Positions 9,805 through 15,257 are shown, counted from the first letter of the stretch. The stretch: 16,860 nt of DNA from Deltaproteobacteria bacterium (GCA_034670305.1 JAXMNT010000089.1:1-16860); one strand, 5' to 3'. Numbers and translations: made by a program. The notes: generated from the letters alone by a model not told the origin.

Positions 9805-9989
9805 CCGTCTGACCCATGACGAAGTTGGCTCGACCACCTTCGAGGAGGATACGTGCGTCCAAATCAAACAAAGCTGTTCCCGTCATTCAAACGAAGATAC
9901 TCGAAAACCAACACTCGATCCCATTGGATTGCCCGACACTGAGCCCGGGTCTTCGCGAATGTTCCGGTGTGGTGATTCGAGAGTCTGAG

Positions 9990-10204
9990 GAGCCTGGACG
10001 GGGCCCCCACCCAAGGGGTCCAACCCGACGTAGAAAATGGAGTGTGTGCCGCTGGGCGGCAGCTGGGTTGTAACCCGTCTTTCCCGAGGGGATTGCCATC
10101 CCCTCCCCCACCAGGCCGAGCCTGGACGGGGCCCCCACCCAAGGGGTCCAACCCGACGTATAAAATGGAGTGTGTGCCGCTGGGCGGCAGCTGGGTTGTA
10201 ACCC
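9990..10204 (+). repeat. 87-bp direct repeat (9990-10076 and 10118-10204) containing the 5' half of tRNA-Tyr
   Basis: Copies are identical except TAGAAAAT vs TATAAAAT, and are separated by a 41-nt hairpin-containing spacer. Confidence 0.95.
10039..10076 (+). pseudogene. Truncated 5' half of tRNA-Tyr
   Basis: Identical to 10167-10204; ends just after the GTA anticodon loop and has no T arm. Confidence 0.85.
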
Positions 10205-10246
10205 CGGTGAAGCGATGTCTTGGAGGTTCGATTCCTTCGCACTCCA
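10167..10246 (+). tRNA. tRNA-Tyr(GTA)
   Basis: Acceptor GGAGTGT/GCACTCC+A; D arm TGCCGC-TGG-GCGGCA; anticodon arm CTGGG-TTGTAAC-CCCGG; long variable region; T arm GGAGG-TTCGATT-CCTTC. Confidence 0.88.
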
Positions 10247-10251
10247 CCCGA

Positions 10252-10445
10252 CCGGCAGGTCGAAAATCATGCAGCCAAACAGAGGGCTTCGGCTCTGCGG
10301 TTCCGAACTCGGCACCGTCCCATGTGCCCTCCGCGAACGCTCCTTCTGGGAGTGCGAGCGAACCCATCCGCGGGCTTCCTGCGGACTGGGACAGGCGAGG
10401 TGCGCCCAGCGTTCGAAGCGTTGGCCGCGCCAGACCGAAACCGTT
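10252..10445 (+). ncRNA. Structured ncRNA resembling the raiA motif RNA
   Basis: GGTCGAAAATCATGCAG...TGCGGTTCCGAACTCGG...CAGGCGAG...AGACC, with a GGTC/GACC closing helix, a long-range GTCCCA/TGGGAC helix and several internal hairpins. Family assignment is from recall and unverified. Confidence 0.55.
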
Positions 10446-10458
10446 CTCTACGAATCAA

Positions 10459-10530
10459 ACCGGACTCTTCCAATGGCCAGGATGCGCGGCTCTGAACCGC
10501 GTGATCGGGGTTCGAGTCCCTGGTCCGGTA
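10459..10530 (+). tRNA. tRNA-Gln(CTG)
   Basis: ACCGGAC/GTCCGGT+A; CGCGG-CTCTGAA-CCGCG; CGGGG-TTCGAGT-CCCTG. Confidence 0.92.
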
Positions 10531-10679
10531 CCGGTGCCCGCCACTACGGCGAACGAAGCACCAAGTTTCATTGACAATCGGGGGATGCGAAGTGGTGTAG
10601 CGCCTGCTTCGCATCGACCAGAGTTTTCGAAGAGCCGTCGTGTTTCGGCGCGGCGTCTCTTCGGAGCTCCTGGTCTTTT

Positions 10680-10752
10680 GGTGTCCATACAGAGGTCTGT
10701 GCGTTCGGTTGTGATCCGAATCGCCGTTGGGGTTCGAGTCCCCCTGGTCACC
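10680..10752 (+). tRNA. tRNA-His(GTG), atypical
   Basis: G-1:C73 extended acceptor GGTGTCCA/TGGTCACC (one T-T mismatch); TTCGG-TTGTGAT-CCGAA; GGGG-TTCGAGT-CCCC; aberrant D arm. Confidence 0.8.
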
Positions 10753-10754
10753 CC

Positions 10755-10904
10755 GGCAGACTGCTGCGCAGTCTGCCCTAGAAGACCTTCGGTCTTCGGC
10801 GCGCTTCAGAAGACGCTCGGTCTTCGGTGCAGCGTGTGTTGAAGACCGAACGTCTTCCTGACGGGCCTGTGGCCCGTCTAGGGCAGAGTGCGCAGCAGTC
10901 TGCC
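10755..10904. repeat. 27-bp inverted repeat enclosing three hairpins
   Basis: 10755-10781 and 10878-10904 are reverse complements with one mismatch. Confidence 0.9.
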
Positions 10905-10907
10905 TTT

Positions 10908-10979
10908 GCGTTCAAAGTGTTGCGGGTCGCACTCTTGGTTTCCACCCAAGCAGCGAGGGTTCGAGCCCCTCTGAACGCT
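10908..10979 (+). tRNA. tRNA-Gly(TCC)
   Basis: GCGTTCA/TGAACGC+T73; CTTGG-TTTCCAC-CCAAG; GAGGG-TTCGAGC-CCCTC; A at position 8. Confidence 0.9.
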
Positions 10980-11036
10980 CTGCCCTCGGCTCCGAATCCG
11001 ACTCCTGAAGAGGAGCGTCGTTCGAAGCCGATAGGA

Positions 11037-11109
11037 GACTCGAAGGCGTATCTGGTGAGCGCGCTTGGTTGAAGCCCAAGAGATGCTGGTTCGATTCCAG
11101 CTCGAGTCA
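11037..11109 (+). tRNA. tRNA-Phe(GAA)
   Basis: GACTCGA/TCGAGTC+A; CTTGG-TTGAAGC-CCAAG; GCTGG-TTCGATT-CCAGC. Confidence 0.9.
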
Positions 11110-11135
11110 CCGTGTTCCGCAGGGAACACACCAAA

Positions 11136-11211
11136 GGGATCGTGGCCCAACTGGGAAGGCACTCGCCTTGCAAGCGAACGATTGCGGGTTCGAATCCCGC
11201 CGATTCCACCA
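11136..11211 (+). tRNA. tRNA-Ala(TGC)
   Basis: GGGATCG/CGATTCC with the G3:U70 Ala determinant; loop CTTGCAA; GCGGG-TTCGAAT-CCCGC; CCA encoded. Confidence 0.95.
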
Positions 11212-11212
11212 A

Positions 11213-11283
11213 CCACCTGTCGTCCAAAGGTAGGACGCCCGTCTGATAAGCAGGAAACGGAAGTTCGAGTCTTCCCAGGTGGA
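11213..11283 (+). tRNA. tRNA-Ile(GAT)
   Basis: CCACCTG/CAGGTGG+A; GTCC/GGAC D stem; loop CTGATAA (stem has one C-A mismatch); GGAAG-TTCGAGT-CTTCC. Confidence 0.85.
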
Positions 11284-11296
11284 CTGATTTCCTGGC

Positions 11297-11561
11297 CTAC
11301 GGGCCTGGCTCGCTTCGCTCGACTGGCGGCCCTAATTCGGCGTCCAGAGCACATCGACGTGCTCGCCGCCTGCGCATTGGGTGCAGAAGAAGCACTTGGG
11401 TCACTTGGCGGCTGCGCGCGGTCGATGCACTCCCGCCGCCTCTATGACTCACTTGGGGAGTGCACCAGTTGCTCGGCCTGCGGCCTGCGCAGGTGCACGC
11501 CAGCGAGTCGCCTGACTCGTCGGCGCTGAGCGAGGTCCTCGCTTCGCTCGACTGGCGGCCC
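11297..11561 (+). repeat. ~260-bp dispersed repeat with terminal direct repeats, copy A (diverged)
   Basis: Starts CTACGGGCCTGGCTCGCTTCGCTCGACTGGCGGCCC; shares the core GGAGTGCACCAGTTGCTCGGCCTGCGGCCTGCGCAGGTGCAC; ends CTCGCTTCGCTCGACTGGCGGCCC. Confidence 0.9.
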
Positions 11562-11587
11562 GCACCCATCACGAACTTGCTCCACCT

Positions 11588-11672
11588 GCCGGGGTGGCGA
11601 AACGGGAAACGCAGCGAGCTCAAACCTCGTGGCCCTCGTGGCATGGGAGTTCGACTCTCCCCCTCGGCACCA
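11588..11672 (+). tRNA. tRNA-Leu(CAA)
   Basis: GCCGGGG/CCTCGGC+A+CCA; GCGAG-CTCAAAC-CTCGT; long variable arm. Confidence 0.94.
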
Positions 11673-11745
11673 ACCTCGCGACCCGACATTCGGGCTCGCG
11701 CAACTTGATGGTCGGCAGCGCCTCGGCGCCGACGACCGCACACCC

Positions 11746-11830
11746 GCCGGTGTGGCGAAACGGTAAACGCAGCGGTTTGAGAGACCGTGGCCCGCATCAG
11801 GGCTTGGGAGTTCGACTCTCCCCTCCGGCA
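11746..11830 (+). tRNA. tRNA-Leu(GAG)
   Basis: GCCGGTG/CTCCGGC+A (one mismatch); GCGGT-TTGAGAG-ACCGT; long variable arm. Confidence 0.92.
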
Positions 11831-11844
11831 CTGGCTTGCTGCCG

Positions 11845-12104
11845 CTACGGGCCTGGCTCGCTTCGCTCGACTGGCGGCCCTAAGTCGCGCCCGTCGCTGC
11901 CTGCACGTGCTCGCCGCCCATTCATTGGTGCGATGAAGAAGCACCTCGGATGATTTGGCGGCTGCGCGCGTCCAGGCGCTCCTTGAGGCGCTCGGTGTGC
12001 ACTGTAGGAGTGCACCAGTTGCTCGCCTTCGGCTGCGCAGGTGCACGAGTGGTGACTTCTTCCTTCTCTGTCAGGCCTGGCTCGCTTCGCGAGACTGGCG
12101 GCCC
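11845..12104 (+). repeat. ~260-bp dispersed repeat, copy B
   Basis: Same terminal repeats and core as copy A. Confidence 0.9.
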
Positions 12105-12115
12105 ACATTTGTTTT

Positions 12116-12189
12116 GCCGCGTTGTGCATCTGGGATGCTGACCCACTGTCTATGGGTCGAGACGGGTTCGATCCCCGTACGTGGCGCCA
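12116..12189 (+). tRNA. tRNA-Asp(GTC) copy 1
   Basis: GCCGCGT/ACGTGGC+G73+CCA; ACCCA-CTGTCTA-TGGGT; ACGGG-TTCGATC-CCCGT. Confidence 0.88.
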
Positions 12190-12229
12190 CCCTTGGCGCG
12201 GGCCGATCCGTCGGCCGCTCGAGGGCTTG

Positions 12230-12303
12230 TGCAGGGAGGGCTGGTCGTCCGACTCAGGTTCATGGCCTGAGACTGCTCAGTTCGACTCTGAGCCCTGCAT
12301 CCA
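12230..12303 (+). tRNA. tRNA with CAT anticodon (Met/fMet/Ile2 unresolved), atypical
   Basis: TGCAGGG/CCCTGCA+T+CCA; TCAGG-TTCATGG-CCTGA; CTCAG-TTCGACT-CTGAG; weak D arm. Confidence 0.8.
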
Positions 12304-12324
12304 TCGGTCGCCCGCGACCGACTT

Positions 12325-12396
12325 GCCGCGTTGTGCATCTGGGTATGCAGACCCGCTGTCTACGGGTTGAGACGGGTTCAATTCCCGTACGTGGCG
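12325..12396 (+). tRNA. tRNA-Asp(GTC) copy 2
   Basis: GCCGCGT/ACGTGGC+G; ACCCG-CTGTCTA-CGGGT; ACGGG-TTCAATT-CCCGT. Confidence 0.88.
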
Positions 12397-12527
12397 CCCA
12401 ACTACATTGAGTTGTCGTTGTCGTTTTTCTCATGGAGGCGCGTTGTCCATTCGTGCCTCACACCTGCGGTCCGTGCGCGGCGGTCCCCTCGACCAGGTCG
12501 AATCGCCGGGCCGCAGGTGGTCTCTCT

Positions 12528-12602
12528 GCCTTCGAAGCGTAGATAGCGACGTCCCTCCGTCGTACCGAGGGGAGTCCGGTGCAAGTCCGGACGAGGGCTC
12601 CA
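12528..12602 (+). tRNA. tRNA-Thr(CGT)
   Basis: GCCTTCG/CGAGGGC+T+CCA; loop GTCGTAC; TCCGG-TGCAAGT-CCGGA (non-TTC T loop). Confidence 0.82.
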
Positions 12603-12712
12603 ACCGTTTCATTCCTGGACCTGTGCCTCGAGTTCCGACTCCAGGCGCTTCGCCGGAATGCCACATCCCAACGTGGGGCCGTCCCGAGCACCGGCTCGGG
12701 GCGCCCTCGCCT

Positions 12713-12783
12713 GCTCCCGTAGTGAAAAGGAATCACGCGAGTCTCCGGAACTCGAAGTCTCTGTTCGAGTCAGAGCGGGAGTG
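12713..12783 (+). tRNA. tRNA-Arg(CCG)
   Basis: GCTCCCG/CGGGAGT+G; GTGA/TCAC D stem; CGAGT-CTCCGGA-ACTCG; CTCTG-TTCGAGT-CAGAG. Confidence 0.92.
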
Positions 12784-12807
12784 CCGATCGCAACTGCGAT
12801 CTCAACC

Positions 12808-12878
12808 GGCGCGTTCATCTAGCGGAAGGATTGCTGGTTCTCAGCCAGTCCACACGGGTTCGAATCCCGTACGCGTCA
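12808..12878 (+). tRNA. tRNA-Glu(CTC)
   Basis: GGCGCGT/ACGCGTC+A; GCTGG-TTCTCAG-CCAGT; ACGGG-TTCGAAT-CCCGT. Confidence 0.92.
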
Positions 12879-12881
12879 CAA

Positions 12882-12958
12882 CCGTGTGTAGCTCAATCTG
12901 GGAGAGCACCCCGTTCGGGTCGGGGAGGCTGGGGGTTCGAATCCCTTCACGCGGACCA
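12882..12958 (+). tRNA. tRNA-Pro(CGG)
   Basis: CCGTGTG/CACGCGG+A+CCA; GCTC/GAGC D stem; CCCCG-TTCGGGT-CGGGG. Confidence 0.95.
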
Positions 12959-12995
12959 AGGCACGCTGTACCCCGTGGTGCGGCGACCTCTTTCT

Positions 12996-13067
12996 ACTCT
13001 CGTGGTGAAGCAGAATCACGCAGGCGTGCGAAGCCTGAGTCCTCCCGTGCGAATCGGAGCGAGAGTG
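12996..13067 (+). tRNA. tRNA-Arg(GCG), atypical
   Basis: ACTCTCG/CGAGAGT+G; GTGA/TCAC D stem; CAGGC-GTGCGAA-GCCTG; imperfect T stem with TGCGAAT loop. Confidence 0.78.
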
Positions 13068-13135
13068 CCGCGGACGGAAACGTCCGAGTGACACGCCGGT
13101 GCGTCCTCATGGGCGCGCCGACGTCCGAAACACAG

Positions 13136-13210
13136 GGCGCGTTCGTCTAGCGGAAGGACCGTTGGTTTTCAGCCAGCACAACACGGGTTCGAATCCCGTA
13201 CGCGTCTCCA
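13136..13210 (+). tRNA. tRNA-Glu(TTC)
   Basis: GGCGCGT/ACGCGTC+T+CCA; GTTGG-TTTTCAG-CCAGC. Confidence 0.92.
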
Positions 13211-13240
13211 GGCCAAGCCGCTTCTGTGACTGGCCTTCAT

Positions 13241-13318
13241 CCGTGTGTAGCTCAATCTGCGAAGAGCACCCCGTTTGGGTCGGGGCGGCTGGGGGTTCGA
13301 ATCCCTTCGCACGGACCA
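13241..13318 (+). tRNA. tRNA-Pro(TGG)
   Basis: CCGTGTG/CGCACGG+A+CCA; CCCCG-TTTGGGT-CGGGG. Confidence 0.94.
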
Positions 13319-13359
13319 ACGATCGTCATGCCGCACCGGTGCCGTGTGGCGGTCGTCTT

Positions 13360-13430
13360 GTACCGGTGTTCTGGGAACGCCGTCGATTGCAACCCGACGA
13401 AGGTGAGTTCGACTCTCACTCGGTACTCCA
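13360..13430 (+). tRNA. tRNA-Cys(GCA), minimal D arm
   Basis: GTACCGG/TCGGTAC+U73 (Cys determinant)+CCA; loop TTGCAAC; GTGAG-TTCGACT-CTCAC; D arm GTTC-TGG-GAAC. Confidence 0.85.
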
Positions 13431-13432
13431 TT

Positions 13433-13504
13433 CGCTGTGTGCCCTGGGGGCCGACGTTCTTCATATGGACGAGCGCGAGGGTTCGATTTCCTCCGCAGCG
13501 ACCA
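13433..13504 (+). tRNA. tRNA with CAT anticodon (Met or Ile2), minimal D arm
   Basis: CGCTGTG/CGCAGCG+A+CCA; D arm GCCC-TGG-GGGC; CGTTC-TTCATAT-GGACG; GAGGG-TTCGATT-TCCTC. Confidence 0.8.
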
Positions 13505-13525
13505 CTCGATGCAACCGCATCGTGC

Positions 13526-13601
13526 GCGGGATGAGTCGTCTGGCGACGACATCGTTTTTACATGGCGACACAGCAGAGTTCGATTCTCTGATCCCGTACC
13601 A
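13526..13601 (+). tRNA. tRNA-Val(TAC)
   Basis: GCGGGAT/ATCCCGT+A+CCA; 6-bp D stem GTCGTC-TGGC-GACGAC; loop TTTACAT; CAGAG-TTCGATT-CTCTG. Confidence 0.88.
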
Positions 13602-13646
13602 CCGGCCGTGAACGCGGCCGGGCCAACGCAGTTGCGACTGCACCCA

Positions 13647-13727
13647 GCCGGGATGGCGAAACGGTAAACGCAGCGAGCTTAGACCTCGTGGCCTCGAGGC
13701 ATGGGAGTTCGACTCTCCCTCCCGGCA
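13647..13727 (+). tRNA. tRNA-Leu(TAG)
   Basis: GCCGGGA/TCCCGGC+A; GCGAG-CTTAGAC-CTCGT; long variable arm. Confidence 0.94.
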
Positions 13728-13739
13728 CTGTATTTCTCA

Positions 13740-13840
13740 CTACGGGCCTGGCTCGCTTCGCGAGACGGTGCCTTCTGAGGGGGAAGGGTTCCCCCTCCGG
13801 CCTTCGGCCTCCTCCCCACCTTGGGCCCTAGGTCGCGCCG
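13740..13840 (+). repeat. Short variant of the dispersed repeat (terminal unit interrupted by palindromes)
   Basis: CTACGGGCCTGGCTCGCTTCGCGAGAC...GGGCCCTAGGTCGCGCC, with GAGGGGGAA-GGG-TTCCCCCTC and GGCC-TTC-GGCC hairpins in between. Confidence 0.75.
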
Positions 13841-13938
13841 CCTGGTCGGCCCCTTTGTCTTCGCGTTTCGGATGGTCCGGGGCGCTTCCTCCACTCTCAC
13901 TCGAAGCGCGTGCACAGCACGCAGGAAGTCATCTCGCC

Positions 13939-14457
13939 ATGCGCACGCTCGTCCTGGATCAGGGCTACCAACCACACCAAATCGTCTCCTGGCAAAAGGC
14001 CGTCACCTTGCTCTACGTGGGCAAGGTGGATGTGCTCGAGGAGTACGAGGACATCATCCGCTCCGTCACGCTCGCGATGCGCATGCCGGCCGTCGTTCGA
14101 CTCCGCAAGGGTGGACACAAGCCGAAGCACCGCATCAAGTTCTCGCGTCTGAACGTCTTCCTTCGGGACGGCTTCCGGTGCCAGTACTGCGGTGAGAAGT
14201 TCCCGATGCGCGACCTCACGTACGACCACGTGCTGCCCAAGGCACACGGAGGAAAGACGACGTGGACGAACATCGTGACCGCTTGCCGAGCGTGCAACGA
14301 GACCAAGGCGAACCGGACGCCAGAGCAGGCCAAGATGCCGCTTCGCAAGAAGCCGGTTCGGCCGACCTGGCTCCCCGGCGGAACAGTGCATGTCGATGCA
14401 TCCCTGGTCCCCGACACCTGGAAGTCCTGGATGTCGTGGACGAAGGTGCTCGCCTAA
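13939..14457 (+). CDS. HNH endonuclease (McrA-like/HNH_5 type, zinc-binding), 172 aa
   Basis: MRTLVLDQGYQP...VFLRDGFRCQYCG...LTYDHVLPKAHGG...NIVTACRACNETK. The ATG at 13939 follows an AGGA SD; the track start at 13768 lies in a repeat. Confidence 0.95.
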   Translation: MRTLVLDQGYQPHQIVSWQKAVTLLYVGKVDVLEEYEDIIRSVTLAMRMPAVVRLRKGGHKPKHRIKFSRLNVFLRDGFRCQYCGEKFPMRDLTYDHVLPKAHGGKTTWTNIVTACRACNETKANRTPEQAKMPLRKKPVRPTWLPGGTVHVDASLVPDTWKSWMSWTKVLA

Positions 14458-14583
14458 GGGCTGAGTTCATTCTGGGTGAGGGCGCTCAATGGTGAGCGCC
14501 CACACCTCCAACGGTCGGTCGAGAGACCGGCTGCGTCGATCCCATGCGTACCACTTCGCCGCGGGCGCATGGGGTCGAGTTCT

Positions 14584-14673
14584 GGAAGAAGATTCGGTGT
14601 GGCACCGAAGACCGTTGGAAGCGGTTCTGCGCGCGGGAACGCGCGAGGGGTTCGACTCCTCCTTCTTCCGCCA
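14584..14673 (+). tRNA. tRNA-Ser(GGA), (8/4) fold
   Basis: 8-bp acceptor GGAAGAAG/CTTCTTCC+G+CCA; 4-bp T stem GGGG/CCTC; loop TTGGAAG; long variable arm CGCGCG-GGAA-CGCGCG. Confidence 0.9.
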
Positions 14674-14933
14674 GTCTCGCGAAGCGAGCCAGGCAACGTG
14701 CAGCGCCAGCGAGTCAGGCATCCCGCGGGTGCACCTGCGCAGGCCGCAGGCCGAGCAACTGGTGCACTCCTACAATGAACACCGAGCGCCCAAGAGGAGC
14801 GCCTGGACGCGCGCAGCCGCCAGTCGTTCCAAGTGCTTTTTCAGTACCCCACTGGGTTGGGCGGCGAGCACGTGCAGGTGCTCCGGGGTGCGACTTAGGG
14901 CCGCCAGTCTCGCGAAGCGAGCCAGGCCCGTAG
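14668..14933 (-). repeat. ~260-bp dispersed repeat, inverted copy
   Basis: Reverse complement of copies A/B; terminal repeats are 233 bp apart; overlaps the CCGCCA end of tRNA-Ser(GGA). Confidence 0.92.
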
Positions 14934-14946
14934 TGGCAATAAAAAA

Positions 14947-15036
14947 GGAAGGCGAACCGGTCGGGTGACCGGAGCTGATTGCTAATCAGTATGGCCCGCA
15001 CGACGGGTTGGGGTTCGAGACCTCCGACTTCCGCCA
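14947..15036 (+). tRNA. tRNA-Ser(GCT), (8/4) fold
   Basis: GGAAGGCG/CGACTTCC (one G-A mismatch)+G+CCA; D arm CCGGTC-GGGT-GACCGG; GCTGA-TTGCTAA-TCAGT; T stem GGGG/CCTC. Confidence 0.92.
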
Positions 15037-15042
15037 TATTGC

Positions 15043-15089
15043 TGGGGGCACAGCCCCCAAGGAATATTTCTTGGGGGCACAGCCCCCAA
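15043..15089. repeat. Doublet of REP-like palindromes TGGGGGCACAGCCCCCAA
   Basis: Two identical palindromes at 15043-15060 and 15072-15089. Confidence 0.85.
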
Positions 15090-15197
15090 ACCCCGTCCCG
15101 GTGACACCGCTGGCTCGCTTCGCGAGGCTGCACGCTGTCGAATATTCGGAAGCTCCTGGAGCAGGGAGTGTCTTCAAAGGCCGGCGAAGCCGGGGCT

Positions 15198-15257
15198 CAC
15201 GTACACGTGCACGTACTCGTAGACGTGCACGTATTCGTGAGCGTCCTCGTACCCGTT
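15198..15257. repeat. Degenerate hexamer tandem repeat (NNCGTN x10)
   Basis: cacgta cacgtg cacgta ctcgta gacgtg cacgta ttcgtg agcgtc ctcgta cccgtt. Confidence 0.85.

Noticed and set aside
10159-10166. TATAAAAT as a -10 box for tRNA-Tyr
   Set aside because: It directly abuts the tRNA, so the start site would fall inside the gene, and there is no convincing -35.
10299-10315. 5S rRNA-like CCGAACTC motif
   Set aside because: The remaining 5S helices and loops are absent.
10311-10392. HDV-like (theta) ribozyme, suggested by GTCCCA/TGGGAC near a tRNA 3' end
   Set aside because: P1, P3/L3 and the catalytic J4/2 strand cannot be placed in the required order.
9864-13760. Dozens of short ORFs across the array
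   Set aside because: They overlap tRNA genes and repeats, lack coding-like composition and match no protein I recognise.
13939-14457. IscB/Cas9-like RNA-guided nuclease
   Set aside because: Only 172 aa, with no RuvC motifs, bridge helix or PLMP N-terminus; it is a stand-alone HNH.
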